Assembly: GCA_965249115.1 (NCBI GenBank)
Contig: CBDFLI010000002.1
Location: 1,561,859-1,625,858 of the forward strand
Length of the DNA: 64,000 nucleotides
Direction: 5' to 3'
DNA from: Dehalococcoidia bacterium
Lineage (GTDB): Bacteria > Chloroflexota > Dehalococcoidia > Lucifugimonadales > QGNO01
Shown here: positions 17,890-28,675 of the stretch, piece by piece
Layout: every line of letters begins with the position of its first letter
Numbering within the stretch: position 1 is the stretch's first letter
Position numbers and translations under genes: made by a program
The notes under the pieces: generated by a model
What the model was told of the DNA's origin: nothing
The model's database searches: none
Seen by the model: the letters and a program-made list of their open reading frames with translations, nothing else

Positions 17890-18713
17890 TCGACCGCGAT
17901 CACAAGCTGCCTCTCGCCCGCCAGGCAAAGGCAGTGGGCATCAGCCGCAGGAGCATCTACTACCGGCCACGGCCGGTGGGCGAAGCCGGTCTCGGACTGA
18001 TGCGCCGCATCAATGAGCTGCACCTTGAGTATCCGTTTGCAGGCAGTAGGATGATGCGAGGCCTGCTCCGCCAGGAGGGACTCTCCTGCGGGCGTAGACA
18101 CATCGCCACACTGATGCGGCGGATGGGCATCGATGCGCTGTACCGCAAGCCCAACACCAGCCGGCGACGGCCCGGCCATACGGTGTATCCGTACCTGCTG
18201 CGCGGGCTTGAGGTGAGCAGGCCCAACCAGGTGTGGGCAATGGATATCACGTACATTCCGATGGCCAGGGGGTTCGTGTACCTAGCCGCAGTGATGGACT
18301 GGCATAGCCGCAAGGTGCTGGCCTGGCGGGTATCGGTCACAATGGACACAGACTTCTGCGTGGAGGCGCTCGAAGAATCCCTGGGACGCCACGGCGCGCC
18401 GGAGATATTCAACACAGATCAGGGAAGCCAGTTCACAAGTGATGCCTTCACCGGCCTGCTGAAAGCCAATGGGATCCAGATCAGCATGGACGGGAAGGGA
18501 AGCTGGAAGGATAATGTGTTCGTCGAACGGCTGTGGAAGAGCGTCAAGTACGAGGAGGTGTACCTGAGAGCCTACGAATCGGTCCCGGAAGCCAGAACTG
18601 GACTCGGGCGGTACTTCGAGTTTTACAATGCCGGACGGCCCCATTCGAGCCTTGGGGGAATGACGCCGGACCAGTTCTTTGACAGAGCGCCTGCCGAGTC
18701 CGCGGCGGCCTAA
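17886..18713 (+). CDS. IS3 transposase OrfB (DDE/rve)
   Basis: The motifs [21 protein letters not shown] and [15 protein letters not shown] are present. It lies in the -1 frame relative to OrfA. Confidence 0.9.
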   Translation: MIDRDHKLPLARQAKAVGISRRSIYYRPRPVGEAGLGLMRRINELHLEYPFAGSRMMRGLLRQEGLSCGRRHIATLMRRMGIDALYRKPNTSRRRPGHTVYPYLLRGLEVSRPNQVWAMDITYIPMARGFVYLAAVMDWHSRKVLAWRVSVTMDTDFCVEALEESLGRHGAPEIFNTDQGSQFTSDAFTGLLKANGIQISMDGKGSWKDNVFVERLWKSVKYEEVYLRAYESVPEARTGLGRYFEFYNAGRPHSSLGGMTPDQFFDRAPAESAAA

Positions 18714-19345
18714 CGCACGGCAGCGCGATTCCACTTATCAAACCGGGCAGCGCTGTTCAGACAAACGAGACCACCTCTCCCTCGGCGGTGCCGAGGTAGA
18801 CATAGTGGTGTTGTTCGCGGACGTCAGAGGTTCAACCGAGGTGGCAGAAAGGCTAGGGCCAGTCGAATTCACCGCATTACTGAATAGATTCTACAAGGCT
18901 GCAATAGATGTCCTGGTACCCACATACGCGGTTATCGATAAGATGATTGGTGACGAGGTGATGGCATGGTTTTTCCCAGCCTTAGGGCCAGATTATCGAA
19001 AAAGGGCTGTCACGGCGGCCATAGAATAGAATTGTCAAAAGCCGTCCGGGGACGTGAAGGTCAAGATGCTTCGTTGCCTGTCGGCGTTGCCGTACATGCA
19101 GGTCCGGCCTTCGTTGGAAAGGTTGGCTCTGGTGACATCCATGATTTCACTGCTTTGGGGGACACCGTCAATACTGCAGCACGGATGCAGGCGCATGCTG
19201 ATGCCGGTGAGGTCATCATGAGCGAAGAATTGTACGACGAGGTGAGAGAGGCCTACCCGGACCTAGAGCAGCGCACGCTGAAGCTACGTGGTAGGCGCGC
19301 AACGGTTCAGACCCGAGTTATCAGTGGTGCCGTTGAGGAAAGTAA

Positions 19346-20443
19346 TTGAGCCTTTTTGATCTCCAGTGCCTGGAATGCGGGCAACGACGCGAGTCCACAA
19401 TAACTGAACTGTATTGTGAACGGTGCAGCGGGCTGCTCGAGATTGTCTACAACTACGACGTGTCGAAAATGGGACCACGGCTACCCCTGAATGAGGCTGG
19501 AAGGCAGATCACACTTGGAGAAGGTGGCTCTCCTACTGTCGAACTCAAAAGTCTTGGCAATGAGTTGGGCTTAGAAAACCTTTGGGCAAAATTGGAATAC
19601 CTGACGCCGACCGGATCGTTCAAGGACCGGGGCTCTTCCATTTTGGTATCTGTGGCTCGAGAGGAAGGCGCCAACGAATTTGTGGAAGACTCATCAGGAA
19701 ACGCTGGAGCGTCATTGTCGGCTTTCGCGGCCGCCGCCGGTATGAGAGCCCACATCTTTGTGCCGAAGAGCACCTCGGATAACAAGCTGAATCAAATCAG
19801 AATATATGGTGCCACGCTCCACGCTATCGAGGGTCCACGCCAGGCTGCGACCGAGGCAGCACAGGCCATGGTGACCCAACAGGGCCTCTTATACCTATCA
19901 CACAACTACAGCGCCTATTTCGCGGAGGGGATGAAGGCGTTTAGTTACGAAGCGGTGGCTTCGGATGCAGCCAGCGCACAGCATGTGGTGTTCCCGGTAG
20001 GTAATGGCTCCCTGTTAGTTGGTGCGAGCAAGGGGTTCGATGAGCTGGTAGAGGCTGAGGTTCTCGCAGCAGCACCGCAGCTGCACTGTGTACAGGCGGA
20101 AGCGATAAGCCCCGTGGTTGCAGCTATCAATGGCACGGCGTGGTCATGGGACCCGGTTCATCCCACCGTTGCAAGCGGAATCTCGGTATCGAACCCGCCA
20201 AGAATCAGTCAAGTCATCAATGCTGTTCAATGCTCGAGAGGTTCCGCGGTGGCTGTCCCGGACAAGACCATCTTACACTGGCAGAAGCGCCTTGCGGCAA
20301 AAGAAGGGGTATTTTGCGAGGCGACGTCCGCTGCCGCATTCGCGGGACTAGAGAAATTGATTCAACAGGGCTCGATCTCCAGAGGATCACGGGTCCTGGT
20401 GCCTATCACAGGCTCTGGGCTCAAGGAGCCTTTGGTAACCTAG
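19346..20443 (+). CDS. thrC: Threonine synthase-like PLP-dependent enzyme
   Basis: It has an N-terminal Cys4 ribbon (CLECG...CERCSG), the PLP lysine motif PTGSFKDRG and the sequence DSSGNAGAS. Confidence 0.7.
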   Translation: MSLFDLQCLECGQRRESTITELYCERCSGLLEIVYNYDVSKMGPRLPLNEAGRQITLGEGGSPTVELKSLGNELGLENLWAKLEYLTPTGSFKDRGSSILVSVAREEGANEFVEDSSGNAGASLSAFAAAAGMRAHIFVPKSTSDNKLNQIRIYGATLHAIEGPRQAATEAAQAMVTQQGLLYLSHNYSAYFAEGMKAFSYEAVASDAASAQHVVFPVGNGSLLVGASKGFDELVEAEVLAAAPQLHCVQAEAISPVVAAINGTAWSWDPVHPTVASGISVSNPPRISQVINAVQCSRGSAVAVPDKTILHWQKRLAAKEGVFCEATSAAAFAGLEKLIQQGSISRGSRVLVPITGSGLKEPLVT

Positions 20444-20494
20444 TCAAGTTTGTCCCTCATCTAATGTTGATTACGGTCTAAACATCCTTCCTCC

Positions 20495-21349
20495 ATGAAC
20501 TTATCATTACCATTCGCACTGACTGCCCTGCTGATTGGGGCAGTAGTGGATCTGGCTTACAAAATAGTCCAAAACCGAGGCATAAATTCCTCAGGTTATG
20601 TTCTCTACCAGACCTTGCTGTTCTCGGCGGGCATCTGGGTCATCATCGTTTTCAAAGGTCAGTTGGGGGGCCTTGATGCGGTCACCTGGGGATACGGGCT
20701 CCCATTTGGGTTGGTGGCCTTCCTGGGCATACTCCTCTTCGTCATGAGCATGAAGGAGGGCAGCGCGGGGGTCAACGTGCCGATTTTCCGGCTAAGTTTC
20801 ATCGTAACGGCTATTGGAGCCTTTATCTTCCTTCAGGAGTCGTTGTCCATTACCAAGGCGATTGGGATTGTGTCCGCCTCGATCTCCGTCGTTTCGCTTA
20901 GCAATATCTCGGCTCTTATGAACGCTGATAAGCGCTACCTCAGGTCCATGCTTTACCTTGCGGGAGCCGTAGTATTCATGGGAGCGGCAGGTGTGCTCAA
21001 CAAGGCCGCCCTTGATCAGGGCAGTCTTACGGTACCGCTCATCGCCGCTTCTAACGTGACCTTCACACCAGCCGCGCTTATCGCCGCAGTAGCGACCAAG
21101 GGGTTAAAACCCAACCGGACAACGCTCCAGTTTGCGCCTGTCACGGGGCTGCTTCAGCTTGCCTGGGCCTTGTTGATTACCGAGTCCCTGCAGACTGGCG
21201 ATGCCAGCATCAACTTCCCGATTGTAAATCTAAGTTTCATCCTCACAGCGTTGCTAGCTGTCATGTTTCTGAAGGAGCCCTTGCACCGCTGGTTGGTTTT
21301 TGGGCTGGCTGCTGCGGTCGTGGCGGTCGTGGCGTTCGGGTTCTCTTAG
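20495..21349 (+). CDS. DMT/EamA-like multi-pass membrane transporter
   Basis: 284 aa with about 10 hydrophobic spans arranged in two similar halves. Confidence 0.5.
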   Translation: MNLSLPFALTALLIGAVVDLAYKIVQNRGINSSGYVLYQTLLFSAGIWVIIVFKGQLGGLDAVTWGYGLPFGLVAFLGILLFVMSMKEGSAGVNVPIFRLSFIVTAIGAFIFLQESLSITKAIGIVSASISVVSLSNISALMNADKRYLRSMLYLAGAVVFMGAAGVLNKAALDQGSLTVPLIAASNVTFTPAALIAAVATKGLKPNRTTLQFAPVTGLLQLAWALLITESLQTGDASINFPIVNLSFILTALLAVMFLKEPLHRWLVFGLAAAVVAVVAFGFS

Positions 21350-21469
21350 CGGTAGATCTTGTAAAGGGAACCCGTTCCAGCGAGCTAGGTTGACTCTCCG
21401 TGTCCCAGGACTACAATGACCCGGTCCAAGACCTTCATGTAGGGCATATGGTGGCAAGCGAGGTGAACA

Positions 21470-22492
21470 ATGGCCGATAAGAAACTTCCCCTGATCTGGT
21501 TCCTTGGGACCGGAGGCACGATCTCAGACCGGCGGCGGCTGACAATCATGCAAAACCTCGACCACATAAAAGAGGTCAAGAAACAGGTAGAGCGGGTCCC
21601 CGACCTCCATGACTTCGTCCGCGTCAAAGCCGAGCAACTCTGGATGGCGGGAAGCGGTAGCCAGGGGCCGACTCGCTGGCTTGAATTAGCCAAGAGGGCA
21701 AATGAACTCGTCCAGGATTCGGACGTGGACGGCGTAGTCGTTACCCATGGTACTTCGTCTATGGAGGAGACGGCTTACTGGCTGAACCTGACGGTCAGGA
21801 CTCAAAAGCCAGTGGTCGTAACCGGTGCTATGAGATCGCCATCGTTCCTCGGCACAGATGCGGACAACAGTTTGTTAAACGCGGCCGTAGTGGCCAGTAC
21901 GCCAGAATCCAAGGGCAGAGGAGTACTGTTGGTGCTGAACAACGAAATTCATGCCGCACGTGAGGTGACGAAGCAAAACTCTTACAGCCGTCAGACGTTC
22001 GGAAGTCGAGAAGTGGGATTGCTCGGATACGCAGGTGAGGAAGACTTTTACCAAGGCCAGGCGAATCATCAAGCCACATACTATCGCTACCCCTCACGAA
22101 AGCACACTTACCAGAGTGAGTTCGACGTCGCGAACCTTAGCGAACTGCCGGAGGTCTATATAGTCATGGCTTATGAAGGTGCAAATGACCTTATAGTCCG
22201 GGCGCTAAATCAGGCGAATGCTCCCGGTATCGTACTCGCCGGCATGGGAGCAGGAGGAGCAGGCGGAGAGAGTCAGCAGGAGGCACTGGTACAGGCCAGC
22301 AAGCAAGGTACAGTCGTAGTAGCGACTACCCGCGCCGGAGCGGGTCGAGTGGTGAGATCTGAGCAGAACAAAGAGCATGGCTGGATTGCGGGCGATAACC
22401 TTAGTCCCTACAAGGCCAGGATCCTGCTCCAGCTAGCCCTTACCAAGACCAGAGACCTCGATGAGATTCAGCGAATGTTCGAATCATATTAG
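21470..22492 (+). CDS. L-asparaginase / glutaminase (type II-like)
   Basis: The motifs GTGGTIS and VVTHGTSSMEETAYWL match the asparaginase active-site motifs. Confidence 0.8.
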   Translation: MADKKLPLIWFLGTGGTISDRRRLTIMQNLDHIKEVKKQVERVPDLHDFVRVKAEQLWMAGSGSQGPTRWLELAKRANELVQDSDVDGVVVTHGTSSMEETAYWLNLTVRTQKPVVVTGAMRSPSFLGTDADNSLLNAAVVASTPESKGRGVLLVLNNEIHAAREVTKQNSYSRQTFGSREVGLLGYAGEEDFYQGQANHQATYYRYPSRKHTYQSEFDVANLSELPEVYIVMAYEGANDLIVRALNQANAPGIVLAGMGAGGAGGESQQEALVQASKQGTVVVATTRAGAGRVVRSEQNKEHGWIAGDNLSPYKARILLQLALTKTRDLDEIQRMFESY

Positions 22493-22569
22493 GTCCAGGA
22501 TAATCACCTAGAGGGCTGGTATTAGTGCGCTTCGTTGGACCACAACATGCTCCTGGGGGAGATTTTGCG

Positions 22570-23340
22570 TCAGCCCTTGACGGAGAACTTACCCGCTGAA
22601 TAACCGCCATCAACGTACAACACCTGACCATTGATGTATTCAGCGTCCGGGGAGACCAGAAATAGCACTGCCCGGGCAATGTCCCGCGGGCTTGCGGCCC
22701 TGGCAAGAGGCACTTCCTTCAGAAAGGCCGCGTGGTACTCCGGACTCTGAGGATGTGCCTCTGGAGAATCTACGAAAGCCAGCCCCGGGCCAACAGCGTT
22801 CACGGTAATACCCTGTTCCCCAAGTTCCAGGGCCAGCACTTTAGTGAACTGAACCAGCCCAGCTTTGGAGGCGCTGTAAGGAGCGCTTTCAACACGGGCG
22901 TTCTCTGCCGCCGTGGAGACGATGTTGATGATTCGTCCACTGACACCTCGCGACAACATCTCTTTTGCTGCGGCACGGGCACACAAAAAAGCGCCCTTGA
23001 GGTTAACGTCAATTACGCGGTCCCATACCTCCTCCGACAGACCAACAACCGCGCCGGTGTGACCGATTCCTGCGTTATTCACAAGTATGTCCACCGCTCC
23101 GAAGTCCCTGACCACGCCCTTGAACGCCAGATCAACCTGCTCGGCGTTGGCGACGTCAGCGACATACTTGCTGACCTTGAACCCCTGCTCTTGTAGCTCC
23201 AAGACCGTTTTATTCAGGGAGGCCTCTTGTATGTCCAATAACCCAATATTGGCGCCAGCCTCAGCCAGCGTAGCAGCTATGGCCTTACCAATCCCTGCCC
23301 CTCCCCCGGTCACAACTGCAACCTTCCCCTCAATGCTCAT
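22570..23340 (-). CDS. SDR family oxidoreductase (FabG-like)
   Basis: It has TGGGAGIGKA (the TGxxxGIG motif), NNAG and the catalytic YSASK motif. Confidence 0.85.
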   Translation of the reverse strand: MSIEGKVAVVTGGGAGIGKAIAATLAEAGANIGLLDIQEASLNKTVLELQEQGFKVSKYVADVANAEQVDLAFKGVVRDFGAVDILVNNAGIGHTGAVVGLSEEVWDRVIDVNLKGAFLCARAAAKEMLSRGVSGRIINIVSTAAENARVESAPYSASKAGLVQFTKVLALELGEQGITVNAVGPGLAFVDSPEAHPQSPEYHAAFLKEVPLARAASPRDIARAVLFLVSPDAEYINGQVLYVDGGYSAGKFSVKG

Positions 23341-23405
23341 CGTTTTTCTCCTATCACCGTTTCTGATCCACCGTCGGGAATTGGAGCAGGTCCAGTATGT
23401 GCGGG

Positions 23406-24722
23406 CTAGCCGTTGGGCCCTGCGCTTCCATCGCTGTTATTCCTGAACGAGAGAAATATTGTCGGTATGGCTGCGACCAGACCCACCATAAGAATATAAA
23501 ACGCCGGAACGTAGGTGCCAAAGGTGTCGAACGTCCACCCCAAGTAGATTGGGCCTACAACACCAGCAGTAACCACTACGCCATCCAACCCGCCCCAGAT
23601 AGCGCCCAGGTTACGTGTTCCAAACACTGTCCCCACGATTAGGATTCGTGATGGCACCGACATTCCATGGGCCAGCCCCAATACGATAGCGAATGACACC
23701 GCTTGCCAATACGTGGTCACGTTGGCCAGCATTCCCAAGGCAACGATCTGTCCGATCATGATTCCCGCGAGGACCGTACGCCAGTCCATCCTGTCCATTA
23801 GTACACCCGCGACAAGTCTGCCGATGCCGCTCACGCTAAAGGCTATGGCTACGGTGAAGGCGGCCTGCGTGGTGCTGAAGCCAAGGTCTTGAAAATAAGC
23901 AATTTGGTGCGTCTGAAGCCCGCCCATGCTTATGTGTTGAGCCCCCAGAATTCCCGCCAACGCCCAGAATGGCGTGCTCCTAACAGCCTGCCTGAGGGTC
24001 AGCTCGTTGGATTGGGCAGTTTCCCTGGCGGAGTCATGCACATTGGGCTCGCCGGGCGAATTGGTTTCCCCGACCTCCGCGGTATCGCCATCCGGTAGGT
24101 AGCCGTAGTCCTGAGGCCGCGAGCGGGCAACCAATGACAATGGGATGCCCACAGCCCACAGTCCTATGCCCAGGGCCAGGACGGCCGTACGCCAATGGAC
24201 GGCCTCCGCCAACAGCGAAACCAGGATCACACCAGGGCCGCCAACGGCGCCACCCATGAATGCCAGGCTCGTAGCACGCCCGCGTTTTCGCTTGAACCAC
24301 CTGGATACCATCACTGCCCAGGAGACACCATGAGATGCGCCACCCACTCCGGCCGACATGACGGTGAAGGCGACGTAGAACAAGAAGATGTTTGGGGAAA
24401 GACTAATGAGTACCATGCCGGATCCGGCTATTAGGACTCCCGCCAATATAACTTTCCTGGGGCCCACCACGTCCACCAGATACCCGACCACCGGGGAAAG
24501 GAACCCTGACTCCAGTTGACGGAGAGAGAACGCTCCCGACAGGAGGGTCCGGGAAACGCCGTAGTCATTCAGTATGGGTAGAAAAAAGACTGTAAATCCC
24601 TGCCAAACTGCGAGGGACAAATAAGAGTTTAGGAGGACGCTAGCCGCGACTATGTACCACCCGTAGAATAGCCAGGGACGGCGGCCCCGGACTGAAACAT
24701 CTGCGTCTGTGTCTATTCCCAT
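23406..24722 (-). CDS. MFS transporter
   Basis: 438 aa with 12 predicted hydrophobic spans and a central loop. Confidence 0.8.
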   Translation of the reverse strand: MGIDTDADVSVRGRRPWLFYGWYIVAASVLLNSYLSLAVWQGFTVFFLPILNDYGVSRTLLSGAFSLRQLESGFLSPVVGYLVDVVGPRKVILAGVLIAGSGMVLISLSPNIFLFYVAFTVMSAGVGGASHGVSWAVMVSRWFKRKRGRATSLAFMGGAVGGPGVILVSLLAEAVHWRTAVLALGIGLWAVGIPLSLVARSRPQDYGYLPDGDTAEVGETNSPGEPNVHDSARETAQSNELTLRQAVRSTPFWALAGILGAQHISMGGLQTHQIAYFQDLGFSTTQAAFTVAIAFSVSGIGRLVAGVLMDRMDWRTVLAGIMIGQIVALGMLANVTTYWQAVSFAIVLGLAHGMSVPSRILIVGTVFGTRNLGAIWGGLDGVVVTAGVVGPIYLGWTFDTFGTYVPAFYILMVGLVAAIPTIFLSFRNNSDGSAGPNG

Positions 24723-24749
24723 TCAAGCGCTCTGTTTCCAAATTCAGTG

Positions 24750-26198
24750 CTATTGTAATGGTGGGCGCTTGCCTGCCCAGGGGCGCGCCTCCTCAAAGGC
24801 GGCGGAGGCCCTGAAGACTAACGATTCATCACCTCGGCGACCAACAATCTGCATTCCTATGGGCAACCTCTCGGAAGAGAAGCCGCAAGGCACGCTGGCC
24901 GCCGGGTTGCCAGACATGTTGAACGGGTAGTTGAATCCGTACCAGCCCGACATGGGATGGCTCTCCTGCCCGTCGATAACAGTCGGGCGTTGCGATCCGG
25001 AGAACGGTATGACGGACACAGTTGGAGTCAATAGAATGTCGTATTTAGCGAAGTAGTCGTCGACCTGAGCGCGGAACCGTTGAAGCTCCGCGAGTGCCAC
25101 GGCGTACTCCGGGCCCGTCACTTTACCACCTTCCTCAATGCTGTCCCGAACATAAGGCATCATCATATCACCATGCTCACTCAGGAGGTGTCCGTATTGG
25201 AGATATGAAGCGGGGCCACGGAGCCTGCGCAGCGTATCGTGCAGCGCCGCCGCATCAATGTTCAGCGGTGCTGGCTCCAGAGTCGCTCTCAACTCTTCAA
25301 ACACGCCAACGGCCCGCTCAAAGGTACGGCGGACCTCAGGCTCCACTAGAACGGAACCTAGGTCGCTGCTCCAACCAATGCGCAATCCGCTGACCCCCTG
25401 TTCCAGTGCCGAGACCCAATCAGGTGGTGGCTCCTGGATCGTCCCTGGTTGGGCATCGGTGTGTGGGCCCGACATAGCATGAAGATAGATGGCGGCATCA
25501 CGCACAGTCCGGCTCAGGGGGCCGTCGTTGGAGAAGTTGACGGGGTTCCAGCTCATGACACCGGCGTTTCTCCTCGGCACCCGTCCCTGCGTGCCCATTA
25601 TGCCGAAGATACCGCAAAAGGAAGCGGGAATGCGAATGGACCCTGCGCCATCCGTTCCATGGGCGACGGGACTTATTCCAGCCGCCACGGAAGCGGCCGC
25701 ACCGCCACTGGACGCGCCGCTGCCCATTTCAATGTTCCACGGGTTGCGGCAATAATCCCCCAGCTTGTTCTCGGTCACACCACCTCCCTCTCCAAATTCC
25801 GGAGTGTTTGTCTTGCCAAGAATTATCGCTCCTGCGGCCCGCAGGCGCTCGACGACCAGATCATCGCGGTCAGGTATCCAGTCCTTGTATATCAGGGAAC
25901 CCTTGGTGGTCCGGACGCCCCTGGTGGCAACCAAGTCTTTTATGGACGTGGGTACACCGTGCAGAACGCCCAGAGACTCTCCTCGTTGGACCTTCTTTTC
26001 AGCGTCATGGGCTGCTTCAATTGCCTGGTCAGCTGTGACCGTAAGAAAGGCGTTGAGCTTGGGATTGAGCGCCTCAATACGCCGGAGACTTGCCTCGGTC
26101 AACTCAATGGGAGACAGCGCCTTGCGAGATATCAACTCTCGAAGTTCATAGGCGGGCAAATAAGCCAGTTCGTCCTCAAGCATGTCGCTCCTCGTCAT
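24750..26198 (-). CDS. Amidase-signature amidase
   Basis: [16 protein letters not shown]...[16 protein letters not shown] matches the amidase signature. Confidence 0.85.
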   Translation of the reverse strand: MTRSDMLEDELAYLPAYELRELISRKALSPIELTEASLRRIEALNPKLNAFLTVTADQAIEAAHDAEKKVQRGESLGVLHGVPTSIKDLVATRGVRTTKGSLIYKDWIPDRDDLVVERLRAAGAIILGKTNTPEFGEGGGVTENKLGDYCRNPWNIEMGSGASSGGAAASVAAGISPVAHGTDGAGSIRIPASFCGIFGIMGTQGRVPRRNAGVMSWNPVNFSNDGPLSRTVRDAAIYLHAMSGPHTDAQPGTIQEPPPDWVSALEQGVSGLRIGWSSDLGSVLVEPEVRRTFERAVGVFEELRATLEPAPLNIDAAALHDTLRRLRGPASYLQYGHLLSEHGDMMMPYVRDSIEEGGKVTGPEYAVALAELQRFRAQVDDYFAKYDILLTPTVSVIPFSGSQRPTVIDGQESHPMSGWYGFNYPFNMSGNPAASVPCGFSSERLPIGMQIVGRRGDESLVFRASAAFEEARPWAGKRPPLQ

Positions 26199-26430
26199 CG
26201 GAATATCAGTCCCAGGTAGTCACCCGGCCAGACTCTTCCTCGGTTTGGATTGGGAGCCTTGCCTTTCGAAGCCCGATTACTTGGCTCAATTTACCACTTG
26301 TCGGGGAGAAAGTGATAATCAATACCGGGCGATGGTTAGACCCTCAAGCACGCAGCAGAAAAATACGCTGATTGGCTGGACATCGAACTCGAACTTGCCG
26401 GAAGGGCACAATTGTCTGCCAACCATTAGG

Positions 26431-26673
26431 CTATCCCGGGCCGAACAGCGCCCACAGGAGCATCCCTATCCCGAAGAGCACCACGATGAAGCCTAAAATC
26501 ACGGGAGATTCGCCTTTGACTGTTTTGTCCTCAAACGGAGGTCCCGGAGGCCACGAAACCACGATCGAGAACAACGCAATGAACACGACGTGGCCTATTA
26601 AAGTCAGACGCCGCGCCCTGAGGAATACTCTGAATTGACTGTTCGTAAACATGCTAATTTGAAAATACTTCAC
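26431..26673 (-). CDS. Small hypothetical membrane protein
   Basis: 80-aa ORF with two hydrophobic segments and no homology signal. It may not be expressed. Confidence 0.3.
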   Translation of the reverse strand: MKYFQISMFTNSQFRVFLRARRLTLIGHVVFIALFSIVVSWPPGPPFEDKTVKGESPVILGFIVVLFGIGMLLWALFGPG

Positions 26674-26973
26674 CTCTTAGATCTATGAATCCCTCCGCTA
26701 GATGTAGAGTGACCTGGATTTATTCCGAAAGGCGACTGAACATGAGCGAGCACACGCATCTACTTTCTGAAAGGCCACATGTGGAAAGTAGAACCTCACT
26801 GTGCGGATCGAGCCTGCTAACCCAAGCGGCTCAGGACAGTGCTACCCGCCCAGTTACGTTCTATGGGGGGACACCCCCTACCCCCAAGAGAAAGACCCTT
26901 GAGCTGGCTCAGGGAGAACGACTGTAGTCTCTCAGTAGCCCGCTTGAATCCCTCAGAACAGCAGCGCCTCCAG

Positions 26974-28518
26974 CTACACAGTCTCGTTGTAGTAATAGTA
27001 CGGTTGCGTTACCTGGTGCTGCCACTGGTGGTAGTACCCATGCACGTAGGGCTGTAACTCAGCACCCAATCGCGCCCGTTCGATCTCATGCGGTTGCAAT
27101 GGACGTGACATCCTCTCCCTGATCTCCGCCCAGACCTCCTCTTTGTTGACCCTGGTCAGCTTGCGGTCCCGCATCAGGACTTCGCCGTCCACTATCACTG
27201 TGTCCACGTCAACGCCGCGTCCCCGGTACACCAGGGCGTCAACGGCGTCGGTATCGGGATGCAGGTACGGCTCAGTGATGTTGCTCAGGTCCACCAGGAC
27301 GACGTCGGCGCGCTTCCCCTTCTCCAGGGTGCCGATCTTATCGGCCAAGATGGTCGCCCTGGCACCGCCTTCGGTAGCCATACGGAAGACCTGGTGAGAC
27401 GTTGGACTGGGCGCGTCTATGCCCGGCAGGCGGTGGAGCTTGTGGATGAGACGCATCTCCTGGAGCATGTCCTTGTCGTCGTTGATGCTGACCTCGTCAA
27501 TGCCGATGGCCACGTTGACCCCTTTGGCCAGAAGGTTATTCAGGGGCGCGATGCCGCTCTTGAGGCGCAGGTTGGAGGCGGCGTTGTGACAGATGATGGT
27601 CCCGGTCTCCGCCAGGATGTCCACATCCGACTCCGTGAGCCAGGTGCCGTGGCCGCAGGAAAGCTCCGGCCCGGTGAACCCGATGTCGTGAAGATGGGCC
27701 AGGGGCGTCTTGCCCCAGGTCCTCAGGCCGTACATCTTCTGATAGACGGTCTCCTGTAGGTGGATGTGAAGCCCGGTCTTGAAACGTTTGGCGTACTCCC
27801 TGGCGGCGGCGAAGAAGTCGTCGGAGCACCACTGAACGTTGGCGGGGCTGACGATATGGGTGACACGGGGATCGTTGGACACGCGGTCGCGGATACCGGT
27901 AACGGTGGCGAAGTAGGTCTCGTCCGATACGGCGCCCGCCTCCAGGTATTCTCCGTATCTAGTAGCCAGACCATTGGGCAGCGTGCTGAGAAAGGTGCCG
28001 TCGTCCTCATAGACGACACGGTTCTGGTTGCGGAAGCTGTAGGAGAAGGCGACGCGCATGCCGGCGTCCTGGTAACCACGGACCATCTCCAGGCCGGCCT
28101 CTACGGGGTCAGAGCCTTTGGTAACGTACCACAGGGAGCGGTTGTGCATCACGTTGGTGACGCCCGATTCGATCATCTTGATGGCCGCGTAGATGGAGTC
28201 CAGGTAGGGATCCATATCGCGGGCACCCATACGGGCGGTTATCCACGGCTCCAAGGGGAGGTCCGGCACACCCATTTGAAAGGGTGTAAAGCCGGAGTGC
28301 TCATGGGCGTTGATCATCCCGGGCATCACCAGGTACTTGTTGGAGCCGATCTCTTCATCAGGCGTGTGGCGGGCCTTCAGGTCGTCGTACCTGCCCACCT
28401 CTATGATCTCGCCGTCGCGTTGGAACACGGCACCGTCGAAGATGATCTCGCTGGCGTCGTTGTCCAGGACCCTGATGACGACGTATTTGCCCCGGATGAG
28501 GGAGGTTGGCATTTTCAT
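26974..28518 (-). CDS. Amidohydrolase superfamily enzyme (deaminase/chlorohydrolase-like)
   Basis: MPGMINAHEHS carries the HxH metal motif. Other motifs include HLQET, and at 514 aa the size fits the family. Confidence 0.8.
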   Translation of the reverse strand: MKMPTSLIRGKYVVIRVLDNDASEIIFDGAVFQRDGEIIEVGRYDDLKARHTPDEEIGSNKYLVMPGMINAHEHSGFTPFQMGVPDLPLEPWITARMGARDMDPYLDSIYAAIKMIESGVTNVMHNRSLWYVTKGSDPVEAGLEMVRGYQDAGMRVAFSYSFRNQNRVVYEDDGTFLSTLPNGLATRYGEYLEAGAVSDETYFATVTGIRDRVSNDPRVTHIVSPANVQWCSDDFFAAAREYAKRFKTGLHIHLQETVYQKMYGLRTWGKTPLAHLHDIGFTGPELSCGHGTWLTESDVDILAETGTIICHNAASNLRLKSGIAPLNNLLAKGVNVAIGIDEVSINDDKDMLQEMRLIHKLHRLPGIDAPSPTSHQVFRMATEGGARATILADKIGTLEKGKRADVVLVDLSNITEPYLHPDTDAVDALVYRGRGVDVDTVIVDGEVLMRDRKLTRVNKEEVWAEIRERMSRPLQPHEIERARLGAELQPYVHGYYHQWQHQVTQPYYYYNETV

Positions 28519-28614
28519 ACTCCTTGGTATGCGTTGGGGATTACTTGGGTTCCGACATTGATCGGTTTTTGTATTATACGTTCGCCCCCTTGGTTAGACA
28601 TGTCGAGATGCCGA

Positions 28615-28663
28615 CCCTTCGACTTTGCTCGGGGCGAACCATTCGACTTTGCTCAGGGCGAAC
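28615..28663. repeat. Two tandem 24-bp units (TTCGACTTTGCTCrGGGCGAAC)
   Basis: 28618-28639 and 28642-28663 differ at one position. This is an intergenic REP-like motif. Confidence 0.8.
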
Positions 28664-28675
28664 GAACTGTGGAAG

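Larger units (their letters stand above)
17511..18762 (+). mobile_element. IS3-family insertion sequence, copy 2 (about 1.25 kb, a different IS from copy 1)
   Basis: It has an orfA/orfB pair. The terminal IRs are TCTGAACAG, with a subterminal GATAAGTGGAATCGC at both ends. The flanking AAA (17508-17510 and 18763-18765) is consistent with a 3-bp target duplication. Confidence 0.9.
17349..19349 (+). pseudogene. Membrane-anchored class III adenylate/guanylate cyclase, inactivated by IS insertion and a 5-bp duplication
   Basis: An N-terminal TM segment (17349-17510) joins in frame to ...RDHLSLGGAEVDIVVLFADVRGSTEV... once the IS plus one AAA copy is removed. The motifs IGDEVMA and GDTVNTAARMQ are present. 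A second lesion at 19021-19030 (ATAGAATAGA) shifts the frame. Confidence 0.75.

Noticed and set aside
28615-28663. The tandem repeats at 28615-28663 and 37655-37717 considered as CRISPR arrays.
   Set aside because: There are only 2 and 3 units, which are directly abutting or 2 nt apart with no spacers. No cas genes are present.
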